Of a stretch of DNA of 32,000 nucleotides, positions 1 through 8,377 are shown piece after piece. Source of the stretch: Mycobacterium sp. PSTR-4-N (lineage in GTDB: Bacteria > Actinomycetota > Actinomycetes > Mycobacteriales > Mycobacteriaceae). A model generated the notes under the pieces. It was not told the DNA's origin. It saw only the letters and a list, made by a program, of their open reading frames with translations, and did no database searches. The DNA lies in assembly GCF_022348085.1 (NCBI RefSeq), contig NZ_JAKRFN010000007.1, positions 9,943-41,942 on the forward strand. Direction: 5' to 3'. The first letter of the stretch is position 1, and each line of letters begins with the position of its first letter. The position numbers and the translations under genes are program-made.

Positions 1-183
1 TCACGTGACCAGCGCAGCTGCGCCAGTCGCTGATTGAGGAAAAACAGCAGACGCTCTGTGCCGTCGGTCGGTATTGCACTCACATCGCAGACGCTAACAA
101 CGGCCGAAACCTTTTAGCCATGTACCTAGAAAACCGGCAATTACCGCACTTACGCTTCCCCACAGCACCTCGAAGGAGAACTA

Positions 184-336
184 ATGTCACAGAATTCAGT
201 GACCCACTCGCGGCTCCCGATCGCTGGGCTCATACAGGCGACGACGCTCAGTGGCGCAGACTGGCGAACGGTTTGCCAGCATCTGCCGCTCGCATCCGGA
301 CACGCGGCGGCAATCGGCATGGAGACGTGGCGATGA
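184..336 (+). CDS. Small leader ORF (50 aa), hypothetical; absent from supplied ORF track
   Basis: ATG at 184 is preceded by AAGGAG (173-178) with a 5-nt spacer. Translation: MSQNSVTHSRLPIAGLIQATTLSGADWRTVCQHLPLASGHAAAIGMETWR. The stop TGA (334-336) overlaps ATG 333 of the next gene (ATGA). Hand-counted third-position G+C is about 70% in this frame versus about 50% in the overlapping frame that starts at 120. Confidence 0.35.
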   Translation: MSQNSVTHSRLPIAGLIQATTLSGADWRTVCQHLPLASGHAAAIGMETWR

Positions 337-1706
337 CCGACGACCGACAGGCCCGGTGGGCGGCCACCGACCGCCTCATGGCCTACATCGACGACCCCGT
401 CGACCAGCGCTCCGACGACGTCGAGGAACAGTTCTCCCCCGCCGACGACAACCCGGCTCCCGCCTGGGACGGCGATGAGGACCGCGACGACGAGCGCGGC
501 TACCGACACAGCGCCGGACAGCCGCCAGCACCCCCGGCCCGAGAGGTCACCCACACGGGCCGCGGGGAGGGTTGGGACGAGGTCCCCACGGACGACTATT
601 ACGCGGGCGCGCCGCAGGGCGACGAATACGACGACCAGGCACCCTACGATCACCTCCGCGAGGATCGTGGAGACGGGTACGGCGACGCCTACCCGGACAC
701 AGCCGAAGCGGTCGAGGTGGGCCACCCCCACCTCGACGACACCGACCGCAGCAGCGGCACGGTCGACGTCTTCGACGACAAGCCCGCCCCCGAGGCCGGC
801 CCCGTCGACCTCGACGACGACGTGACCGCAGGACTCGACACCGACAGCGACGAGGACTCCGCTGAACTCGGTCAGAACATCCAATCTCTCATCCCGCCAG
901 CCCGATTCAGCAAGCCACTCGTCCTGGGTTTCGTGGCCGCCGTCGGGGTCGTGGCCATCGGGGGCGCCGCAGCCATGATCGGCATGCAGTCCAGCAGCCC
1001 GTCCCCGGAGGCCGGCGCACCGTCTGGAACGGTCGGCGTCGTCGCACCGCCCCCCGCGCCGCCGGCCGCCGCGCCCGTCGCCGACCCAGCACAGGATGTG
1101 CCGATTCCCTTCCAGGCGTCCTCGGCCTGCCCCCAGGCCGGATCGGGGTCCGCGCAGAACGTCGCCAGCGAGGACCCCACGCGAGCGTGGGTGTGCATGC
1201 GTGATTCCGACGGGCAGGTGATGACCCTGGATCTGGGCAAGCCAATGAAGGTCACCGCCATCGAGCTGACTCCCGGATGGGTCGGCACCGACGCCAGCGG
1301 CGCCGATCAATGGATGTCGCACCGCGTCGTGACACGCGTGCAATGGATCTTGGTCAACGGCGCCGACCGAACGGTCGTTACCCAGGACACCAAGAACGCT
1401 CACGGGCCCGTGCCGGTCGCGATGCCCTCCAACGGCCCCGACCAAGGTGTACTCGCCTCCCAGATTCAGATGGTCATCCTGCAGACCTCGCGCCCGCCGG
1501 CCGACAACCCCGCCCCCACCGCAGGCGGTCCCGGCCCGGCCGGAGGGGGACTGCTCGACGGCATGCTCGGCGCGCCGGTCGGCGAGGGCACCTCCCCAGA
1601 TGCCAGCCCAGACCCCGTCTTCGGAACCAGCGACACCTCCACCGATCCGGTCGACAACACCGTCGCAATCTCGGCGATCCGCGTCCTCGGCCACCCCCCA
1701 CTGTGA
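333..1706 (+). CDS. Membrane-anchored protein (457 aa): acidic disordered N-terminus, one TM helix, Pro/Ala linker, C-terminal discoidin/F5-8 type C-like domain
   Basis: Same frame as track ORF 120..1706. Start moved to ATG 333 (GGAGA 8 nt upstream, ATGA overlap with the leader ORF); the 120-332 part has low GC3. TM segment: LVLGFVAAVGVVAIGGAAAMIGM. The C-terminal block (EDPTRAWVC...MTLDLGKPMKVTAIELTPGW...VAISAIRVLGH) resembles the pattern of galactose-binding-like/discoidin domains. The domain call is from memory of the motif, not a search. Confidence 0.6.
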   Translation: MTDDRQARWAATDRLMAYIDDPVDQRSDDVEEQFSPADDNPAPAWDGDEDRDDERGYRHSAGQPPAPPAREVTHTGRGEGWDEVPTDDYYAGAPQGDEYDDQAPYDHLREDRGDGYGDAYPDTAEAVEVGHPHLDDTDRSSGTVDVFDDKPAPEAGPVDLDDDVTAGLDTDSDEDSAELGQNIQSLIPPARFSKPLVLGFVAAVGVVAIGGAAAMIGMQSSSPSPEAGAPSGTVGVVAPPPAPPAAAPVADPAQDVPIPFQASSACPQAGSGSAQNVASEDPTRAWVCMRDSDGQVMTLDLGKPMKVTAIELTPGWVGTDASGADQWMSHRVVTRVQWILVNGADRTVVTQDTKNAHGPVPVAMPSNGPDQGVLASQIQMVILQTSRPPADNPAPTAGGPGPAGGGLLDGMLGAPVGEGTSPDASPDPVFGTSDTSTDPVDNTVAISAIRVLGHPPL

Positions 1707-1723
1707 GAAAGGCCCACGACCCC

Positions 1724-2704
1724 ATGACGTCCGCACCGAGCTTGCTAACCAACACGTGGCGCCGCCGCATCGACACCAGCGGTTCCACCCTTCGAAAAGT
1801 GCTGCAAACCATCGCCTTCACTGCCTGCACCATCGTCGCCCTGAGCACGATGTGGGGCTGGATCACCGACGAACCCCTCGACATCGACGGGCCCGCAAGG
1901 GCAGCGGTCAACCGCACCGACTACATCGGCGGATACGCCGTCAACTGCGTGCGTCTCCTGCTGACCGTCACCGAAGCCCAACGCTCGGCGCTGAACACCT
2001 GTTGGGCACCCGACGAACTGCGCTCCCTGCCCACCACCCCACCCGTGGTCGTGGACTCCACCGTCATCGCCAAGATCGTGCGGACCGCCGCCTACGACGG
2101 CGTCGAGCAGTGGCAGGTCATCGTGCGTGTCAGCCAGCGCCCCTATCTCAGCGCCACCCCGGAAACCACGCTGCGCCAGATCAACGTCCTCATCAGCAGC
2201 TACGGCCTTCGCGCCTCCGGACTGCTGGCCACCATCAACGACACCGGCAGCGGCGCAACGCTTCCCCTGGCCTACACCGCCTCGCTGCCCGTCGGCGCCC
2301 CCGACGACAAGGGCCGCAACCGACCCACCGGAAACCCCCTGTCCGACACCGTCACCGGATTCCTGGTCAGCTACCTCACCCCCGCCGGCGGATTGGAACG
2401 TTACGTCAGCGCCGACTCGGGCATCAGCGCCGTCAACACCAGCCAACGGGCGCTGACGACTGCCCTGCTGGCCACCCGCACGGTCGACGCCGCCCAACAG
2501 CCAGCAGATGGCAGCACCGTGCAGGTCCTGGCCACGGTCTCAGAACTCACCAACCGCTACGCCCCCCAAACCGAGCAATACCCCCTGACCCTGACGCTGC
2601 GATCGGGCAGCTGGAGTGTCACCCGCATCGACCCCGGACCTCTGCTCGACGGCACCGCGCAACTGACCCCCGTGGCACCCAGCCCCGGTCAACCCACTCG
2701 ATAA
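1724..2704 (+). CDS. TcpC/ConB (VirB8-like) type conjugal-transfer protein candidate (326 aa), N-terminal TM anchor
   Basis: In-frame internal ATG 1724 of track ORF 1277..2704. The upstream part of that ORF is Arg-rich and overlaps the previous gene. GAGAAAGG lies upstream of the ATG. Translation starts MTSAPSLLTNTWRRRIDTSGSTLRKVLQTIAFTACTIVALSTMWGWI (one TM), followed by about 280 aa of extracytoplasmic sequence. Its position directly upstream of the small-TM/VirB4/VirB6-like genes matches ICEBs1 conB-conD-conE-conG order. Confidence 0.5.
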   Translation: MTSAPSLLTNTWRRRIDTSGSTLRKVLQTIAFTACTIVALSTMWGWITDEPLDIDGPARAAVNRTDYIGGYAVNCVRLLLTVTEAQRSALNTCWAPDELRSLPTTPPVVVDSTVIAKIVRTAAYDGVEQWQVIVRVSQRPYLSATPETTLRQINVLISSYGLRASGLLATINDTGSGATLPLAYTASLPVGAPDDKGRNRPTGNPLSDTVTGFLVSYLTPAGGLERYVSADSGISAVNTSQRALTTALLATRTVDAAQQPADGSTVQVLATVSELTNRYAPQTEQYPLTLTLRSGSWSVTRIDPGPLLDGTAQLTPVAPSPGQPTR

Positions 2705-2731
2705 ACCCACCCCACCAGAAAGAGGATCACC

Positions 2732-3049
2732 ATGAACCACCTGCCCGAATTCACCTCCACCCTCGCAGGACTGCCCGCCGACACCCGCATCGTGGCCGTC
2801 GCCGACCTCGTCCAAGGCACCCAGGGCCTCTACACCATGGGGGTAGCGATCCTGGCGATCCTGTTCCTCATCGCCGGGGGCGCTCGCGGCCTCGCCGCCT
2901 TCGGCGGCGGTCGCATCGGCACGGCGATCGGTTGGGTGGCCGCCGGCATCGTCTGCGCTGTCGTCATCGGCAGCGCCTACGCGATCTACGTCTCGACCAA
3001 ACAGACCGTCGACAGCCACACCGGCGTCACCACCGGGCAGTTCGGCTGA
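2732..3049 (+). CDS. Small 2-TM membrane protein (105 aa), VirB3/ConD-like or TrbC/VirB2-like T4SS component candidate
   Basis: ATG 2732 is preceded by AAGAGGA. Two hydrophobic helices: MGVAILAILFLIAGGA and IGWVAAGIVCAVVIGSAYAIYV. The stop lies 2 nt before the VirB4-like start. The call rests on size, topology and position only. Confidence 0.45.
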   Translation: MNHLPEFTSTLAGLPADTRIVAVADLVQGTQGLYTMGVAILAILFLIAGGARGLAAFGGGRIGTAIGWVAAGIVCAVVIGSAYAIYVSTKQTVDSHTGVTTGQFG

Positions 3050-3051
3050 CC

Positions 3052-5937
3052 ATGACTGACAGCGCACAACTCTTCACCGGGGTCCACGACACCCCCGTCT
3101 ACACCAACGTTCTGTTCGACAAGCCGCTGCGGATCTGGGTGGCCGTGCCCGCCGTCGTCGGATCGGTCACCACCATCCTGTTGGCGGTGCTCAACCTCGC
3201 CTCCGGTCACGCGCTGGCCATCCTCATCTGCGGCGCGCTGCTCACCGCAGCGCTGACAGGAATCGGGGCCCTGGTGCCCCGCACCCGCCCCAACATCGCA
3301 TTCCGGCTGCGCGCGTTCACCGCGTCCGTACGTCCGGCTGTCCGCACCAGCTACGACACGCCAATCCTGGCCCGCCCCAACCTCGTCGACAATCTGTGGT
3401 TTGCCGACAACGGCTCGGTCTTCGCCGGCTTCCTGCTGTCCGGGCTCCCCTACCATCTACAGTCATCGCGCCGAAAGACCGCAGTCGCTGACCTGCACAC
3501 CCTGCTCGGCCGGGAACTGCCCGCGGACAGCTGGCTCTACGGCCTCGGAGTAGACCAAGACCAGCGCCAACTCCTGCGAGCCATGGTGCACGGTCACCGC
3601 GACCGCGACGACTGGCTCTACAGCTGCGCCCAGGTCGCCGACCAGCTCGCCGACGCCGAGCCCAAGACGCGGCTGTACTGGCTCATGGTTCCCGTCGACG
3701 CCGGCCGCGCCGGCCACAACGTCGTGGGCCAGGCCACCAAGCTCAAGGATTGGTTCGCCGGACGCGACAAGGACTCCGACTCCTCGCTGCACGCCTACAT
3801 CGAGCTGGGCCACGACATCGCCAACTCGCTGCCCCCGGAGTTCTCCCCCACGCCGGTCACCGCGGCCATTTCGGCATGGCTCTGGCAGCACACCACCTGG
3901 CTGGGCACCTTCACCGACCCCCTGCCGCGACCGACCGCCGGCGGGTCCATCACCGCCGACCAGCTCCCCGCCGCGGCCTTCGATGAAGGAGACCAGCAGC
4001 ACAAACCCCGCCGACCCAGCATCTTCAACGCGCTGCCCTCATGGAAGAAGTACGTTCGCGTCTCGGCCACAGGGCCGCACAGCGTGATCGCAGCAGACAG
4101 CTATCAGGCCGTGCTGCCCGTGGTCGACGCCCCCGAAGGCGGCATCGTCTTCCCCGGCTCCGAATTCCTCTCCGCACTCGACGATCTCGACACCGGCGCG
4201 GTGTTCGACTTCGCCATCAACCTCACCGCCCGGCCCCGCGAAATGGAGTTCCGCCGCAACGACCGCGCACGCGGCAACATCGACGACCAGTACGACCACC
4301 GCGGCGACGTTCGCAACGGCCTGACCGAATTGCGAGCCACCGAGCGCAAGATCGCCGAATACAACAGGCTGCTGTCGGCCAACATCGACGAGCAACCCCT
4401 CTCGGCCGCCTTCTTCATCCACGTCGGTGCCGCCGACCCCCGCACGCTCGACCACAGCATCAAACGGCTGCGCGAGGAGATGACGCAGTCCGGCCAGATC
4501 GTCATCCGGCACTACCGCGGCGCCAACACCCGATTGTGGTCAGCCTTCAACCCCGGTGTGGCTCAGCACAAGAGCGCCGTCGACCAATTCGCTCACGCCA
4601 CCACCGCCTCCAAGTGGTCACGATTCGTGCCCCTGATTTCCTCGCAGCTCGGCAACGCCACCGGGATGCTGCTCGGCTTTAACAAGAGCAACGCCAATAA
4701 CTCCGCGGTGCTCCTCGACCTACCCGGCACCGCCCGCCGCAACCACAACCCCTGCCTGATCTGCGCCGGGGCACCCGGTTACGGCAAGTCCTACACCTCC
4801 AAGAAGATCGTGCGCGCCGAACTGCAGCGCGGTGCACAAGCATTCATCGTCGAACCCGACGACTATGGCGAATGGGCCACCGCCCTGGCCGACGTCCCCA
4901 ACAAGGCCGTCATCGACATGGCCGGTGGTGACTTCGGCTGCGACGCGCTGCGCATCTTCCCTGAACGTGTCGCCGGCTCCTACTGGCTCGACTACATGAT
5001 CCCCATGCTCGGACTCGACGTACGTAGCGTCGCGGTCGGGCGGCTGCGCACCCTGCTAACCCCCGCCGCCCGCGACGCGCTGGGGCTGAGCAGCACCGCA
5101 GCGCTCATGCGCTACATCCGCGACATCCAAGCCCCCCTCGGCTCCGCCGAAGACACCCGATCACCCCAAGTCGCCCAACTGGCCGAAGATCTTCGTCCCG
5201 TCCTGCTCGCGTTGGAGTCCTGGGCCACCTACGAATTCACCCAAGCCATCTTCGACGACACACTGCCCATCCCCGACCTCGCCGCCCTGGACGTGACGAT
5301 TTGGCAGACCGGCAGCCTCGACCTGCCCGACGCCGACGAAGTCGCCAACCCCCACCTCTACGCCGCCCTCAGCGACCGTCAACGCGCCTCCATCGCCATC
5401 TACGGCATGCTGGTGCGCCTCGCGCGGGTCACCTTCTTCAACAACACCAACCGATTCGGATTGATCGTGCTCGAAGAGGCAGGCCCCCTGCTCAATTCAC
5501 GAACCGGAGCCCGCGACGCACACCTGATCAGCCGCCGCGCCCGCAAGCACTACACCGGCATGCTCATCATCACCCAGAACCCAATCAAGGACCTCGCGCT
5601 CATGGGCGACGAATTCATCACCCAACAGATCATCGTGCCCTTCGAGAAGGAGGGCATCGCGCGAGCCGTCGCCGCCAGCGCGGGACTGCCCCTCGACGAA
5701 TATCCCGAGTTTCAAGACTTCTTCCTGGCCGCCGCCGGAGCCGAGGAGATGCGCGACCCCACGGCATTCGACGACGACCACACCGGACCGTCGACGACCC
5801 CGGACCGCGGCAGCCTGCAAGGACGTGCCTTCTTCATCGACGAGTTCCGCCGCCTGGGTGCGATTCAAATCGCGCGCGAGCCCAACGACATCCTGCACCG
5901 CGCCTACGACACCACACCCGACCAAGGGGCTGCCTGA
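3052..5937 (+). CDS. VirB4/ConE/TcpF-like T4SS ATPase (961 aa) with N-terminal TM hairpin
   Basis: Internal ATG 3052 of track ORF 1447..5937; the first 535 codons of that ORF are Arg/Pro-rich shadow over three other genes. N-terminal helices: IWVAVPAVVGSVTTILLAVLNL and ALAILICGALLTAALTGIGALV. Walker A GAPGYGKSYTSKK. Walker B-like FGLIVLEEAG. Downstream MLIITQNPIKDL (TQ motif). Confidence 0.8.
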   Translation: MTDSAQLFTGVHDTPVYTNVLFDKPLRIWVAVPAVVGSVTTILLAVLNLASGHALAILICGALLTAALTGIGALVPRTRPNIAFRLRAFTASVRPAVRTSYDTPILARPNLVDNLWFADNGSVFAGFLLSGLPYHLQSSRRKTAVADLHTLLGRELPADSWLYGLGVDQDQRQLLRAMVHGHRDRDDWLYSCAQVADQLADAEPKTRLYWLMVPVDAGRAGHNVVGQATKLKDWFAGRDKDSDSSLHAYIELGHDIANSLPPEFSPTPVTAAISAWLWQHTTWLGTFTDPLPRPTAGGSITADQLPAAAFDEGDQQHKPRRPSIFNALPSWKKYVRVSATGPHSVIAADSYQAVLPVVDAPEGGIVFPGSEFLSALDDLDTGAVFDFAINLTARPREMEFRRNDRARGNIDDQYDHRGDVRNGLTELRATERKIAEYNRLLSANIDEQPLSAAFFIHVGAADPRTLDHSIKRLREEMTQSGQIVIRHYRGANTRLWSAFNPGVAQHKSAVDQFAHATTASKWSRFVPLISSQLGNATGMLLGFNKSNANNSAVLLDLPGTARRNHNPCLICAGAPGYGKSYTSKKIVRAELQRGAQAFIVEPDDYGEWATALADVPNKAVIDMAGGDFGCDALRIFPERVAGSYWLDYMIPMLGLDVRSVAVGRLRTLLTPAARDALGLSSTAALMRYIRDIQAPLGSAEDTRSPQVAQLAEDLRPVLLALESWATYEFTQAIFDDTLPIPDLAALDVTIWQTGSLDLPDADEVANPHLYAALSDRQRASIAIYGMLVRLARVTFFNNTNRFGLIVLEEAGPLLNSRTGARDAHLISRRARKHYTGMLIITQNPIKDLALMGDEFITQQIIVPFEKEGIARAVAASAGLPLDEYPEFQDFFLAAAGAEEMRDPTAFDDDHTGPSTTPDRGSLQGRAFFIDEFRRLGAIQIAREPNDILHRAYDTTPDQGAA

Positions 5938-7991
5938 TGATCACCGCCGCGCCGGCGACCACCTCGAGACTGCGCGACGTCGCCGCAGAACGTCTGGGCT
6001 ACGAGCTCGCCGTACACCCGCGTCTGCGCCGACTCCTGACGTTCTGGACGATGACCCACGTCCTGGCGCTCTGGGCGGTGATCGCCGCGCCCCGGGCCGC
6101 GGCCTCCACCATGTCAGCGGCGCTCAACTGGACCGGGATCACCGACACCGACGGCGTGCCCGTCGGCGCCTACTTCCTGTCCACCGTGGACACCATGGAG
6201 GCCCTCACCGAATCCGGCCCCGACGTCAGCGTCGTCGACCCCGGCTCCTGGGTCCGCTGGGGAGCGCACGCGATCACCACCGGCCTCACCCACGAGACCG
6301 TGGCGAGCTGGGTGCAAGCGCAGGCGTCGTGCTACATCTTCCTGCTCGCCGCGGTGCTGTGGCTGCTCAAGTTCGCCATGTCGAGCACCTGGTTGTATTG
6401 GCTCGCTGCGTGGTTCCGACCAATCCTGGAAGCGCTTCGCCAGATGCTCGTCGACCTCCACTTCTTTCAGATCTGCCTGGCACTGGGCATCGGCGTCGGC
6501 GCCTTCCACATCTTTTGGCACGGCCGCCGCGGTCATGGCGCCGCCATCATCCTCACCGCATTCGCCATCGGCATGCTGGGACTGTGGCTCACCCGCGACC
6601 CGCTGGGTGAGCTGACCGGCAACGACGGACTGCTCAACCAGGCCAGGGCACTAGGTTTCAGCGTCGCCCAAGCCGCCACCAACAACGGCCCCATCGCCGT
6701 CGGCGGGACGACCGGCCAGCTCGGACACCTCACCAGTGTCCTGGCCGACGCGTTGGTGCGGGCGCCTCTGCAAATATGGAATTTCGGCACCACCGTCGAC
6801 ACCATCGGCAGCTGTGGTCACGCATGGTCGGCGGCGATCATGAGCGGTGTGCGGGATGCTCCCGCCCACGCCATGACCTCCTGCGGAGCGCCCCAAGCTC
6901 TGCGCTACGCGCAAGGCATCGACGGCACGGTGTTCGCGCTCGGCATCGGATTCTGCTTGCTGGGAATGGTTTTCGCATTCTTCGTGCTCTATGTCACCTA
7001 CAGCTACATCATGGTCTGCGGTGCAGCGCTGCTCAACGCCGTAATGGCGATCTTCGCCGCCGGGCCGGCCATGATTCACGGAGCTCCACGCCGCCGCGCA
7101 CGGCGACGCCTCGAGCAATTCTTCCGTCACGCGTTCCTGGTATTTGTCTACGTTCTCTACACCTGCGTCGCCGCCCTCCTCATCCTGAAAACCGTTGCAC
7201 CAGGCGGGCTGGCGTCCCAAGTAGGCATGACTAGCCCCGTCGCCATGCTCGTCCTCGTCGCCCTCTGGTCGGCAGTGGCCACCGGCGTCTTTTGGTACCT
7301 CAAGCGCGAAATACTCCACGACAACACCCGCCAGGACCTCGTTCAATCCGTGCGCCAGGCCGTGCACCTCGGCAACCAGGGATACCGACGCGGCCAGAGC
7401 CGCATCGGGCAAGGCAAGAATATCGCCGACAAGACCCGCGAACGGTTCTCCCGAGCATCCGACGAAACTGGAGAAAAACCAGGGTCGACGCTGACGCAAG
7501 CGCCGGTGGCTGGCCGGTCCCCCAGCGGCTCATCCGCCCGCCCCGGGCGCCTCACCCCCGCCGCGAGGTCCGGCGCGGGTGCATCGAGCAGATCCACCGC
7601 CGCTACGCGCATCGGCGGTGCAGGTGCTGGTGCCACCACGGCCGGTAGCGCCTCTGCCGCCGGCGGCGCCGCCGGGGCGGCCGAGGCCGGCGCAATGGTC
7701 CTCGCCCCGGAAGTGGCACTCCCCGCGGCCGCTGCAGGTGCCGCCGCCCACAGGATGAAAAGCAACCATCAGTCGTCCTCCGGCCGAGAAAGAGCAACCC
7801 AGGACCAGACGCCGCGCGAACGCCGCGCCGACGCCCTGCAGCCACCCCGACAGCGCGCACCGGGCACGCCACCGCCGCCGTCGGGTTTCGGGCCCGTAGC
7901 GACCCGCGGAGACCGCAATGCCGCCCCGTCCCGTGATCCCGTTCGCGCCCCTGATGAGCCTCCCGCACCCGTCCCCGGGCGAACACGCTGA
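5937..7991 (+). CDS. VirB6/ConG/TcpH-like polytopic membrane protein (684 aa) with long disordered C-terminal tail
   Basis: ATG 5937 overlaps the VirB4-like stop (TGATG). At least 7 hydrophobic helices, e.g. CYIFLLAAVLWLLKFAM, FFQICLALGIGVGAFHIFW, AAIILTAFAIGMLGLWL, GIGFCLLGMVFAFFVLYVTYSYIMVCGAALL, FLVFVYVLYTCVAALLILK and VAMLVLVALWSAVATGVFWYL. The last 220 aa or so are rich in Ala/Gly/Ser/Pro/Arg. The family call rests on topology and its position after VirB4. Confidence 0.55.
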   Translation: MITAAPATTSRLRDVAAERLGYELAVHPRLRRLLTFWTMTHVLALWAVIAAPRAAASTMSAALNWTGITDTDGVPVGAYFLSTVDTMEALTESGPDVSVVDPGSWVRWGAHAITTGLTHETVASWVQAQASCYIFLLAAVLWLLKFAMSSTWLYWLAAWFRPILEALRQMLVDLHFFQICLALGIGVGAFHIFWHGRRGHGAAIILTAFAIGMLGLWLTRDPLGELTGNDGLLNQARALGFSVAQAATNNGPIAVGGTTGQLGHLTSVLADALVRAPLQIWNFGTTVDTIGSCGHAWSAAIMSGVRDAPAHAMTSCGAPQALRYAQGIDGTVFALGIGFCLLGMVFAFFVLYVTYSYIMVCGAALLNAVMAIFAAGPAMIHGAPRRRARRRLEQFFRHAFLVFVYVLYTCVAALLILKTVAPGGLASQVGMTSPVAMLVLVALWSAVATGVFWYLKREILHDNTRQDLVQSVRQAVHLGNQGYRRGQSRIGQGKNIADKTRERFSRASDETGEKPGSTLTQAPVAGRSPSGSSARPGRLTPAARSGAGASSRSTAATRIGGAGAGATTAGSASAAGGAAGAAEAGAMVLAPEVALPAAAAGAAAHRMKSNHQSSSGRERATQDQTPRERRADALQPPRQRAPGTPPPPSGFGPVATRGDRNAAPSRDPVRAPDEPPAPVPGRTR

Positions 7992-8308
7992 TGACGACAC
8001 CGAAGCGGCCCGTGATGCACCCTGCGGCACTCTCGTCCAACCGGGCCTTGGCCGCCGCGCGTGCCGATCTGCACGAAGCCCTGCGCGCTGACGACGAGCA
8101 CCGGCGTCAGCAGTACGCGCGCTCCGCACGCGACAGCGCCGCCGAAGTCCTCTGGGACGCGTCAAGCACCCGGCTCGAGTGTGAATACGCCATCTATTAC
8201 CTCGGCGACGCGGAGGCCATGATCGCGGCGACAGCCTCGAACAAGGCAATTAACCCCAAGCGGATTGGCATGACCGGTAGGCCACGGATGAACGCGTGTC
8301 GCGCTTAG
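7991..8308 (+). CDS. Hypothetical protein (105 aa), last gene of plus-strand operon
   Basis: ATG 7991 overlaps the upstream TGA (TGATG), suggesting translational coupling. No recognisable motif. Confidence 0.4.
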   Translation: MTTPKRPVMHPAALSSNRALAAARADLHEALRADDEHRRQQYARSARDSAAEVLWDASSTRLECEYAIYYLGDAEAMIAATASNKAINPKRIGMTGRPRMNACRA

Positions 8309-8342
8309 GCAAGGGCCGGAGTATCCGGCTCGCGGGCGGTCG

Positions 8343-8371
8343 ACCCAGCGCTGGGTTTGCGCCCCCAGCGC
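8343..8371. terminator. Candidate bidirectional terminator in convergent intergenic gap
   Basis: Perfect 14-bp palindrome ACCCAGCGCTGGGT (8343-8356) followed by TT. An alternative 8-bp stem pairs GCGCTGGG (8348-8355) with CCCAGCGC (8364-8371). It sits between stop 8306-8308 (+) and stop 8378-8380 (-). The U-tract is weak. Confidence 0.3.
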
Positions 8372-8377
8372 ATCGTG

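Noticed and set aside
1-40. Palindrome TCACGTGA at 1-8 and a possible 3' end of an upstream gene (stops at 31-33 and 35-37 in two plus frames)
   Set aside because: It is at the window edge and too little sequence is available to assign a frame or function.
120-332. N-terminal extension of the first gene from ATG 120
   Set aside because: Hand-counted GC3 is only about 50% in this frame. The stretch contains the AAGGAG RBS and the small 184-336 ORF in another frame. ATG 333 has its own GGAGA and an ATGA overlap.
150-1736. 528-aa minus-strand ORF mirroring the first plus-strand gene, plus other ORFs in 251-1917
   Set aside because: This is a typical high-GC antisense or alternate-frame shadow. 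The translation is Gly/Arg/Val-rich with no domain structure, whereas the plus frame shows a TM helix, a linker and a globular domain and is coupled to neighbouring genes.
1447-5937. Track ORF of 1496 aa as a single giant protein
   Set aside because: The first 535 codons are Arg/Pro/His-rich shadow sequence lying out of frame over three better-supported genes (333-1706, 1724-2704, 2732-3049). The recognisable protein (TM hairpin plus VirB4-like ATPase) begins at ATG 3052, 2 nt after the preceding stop.
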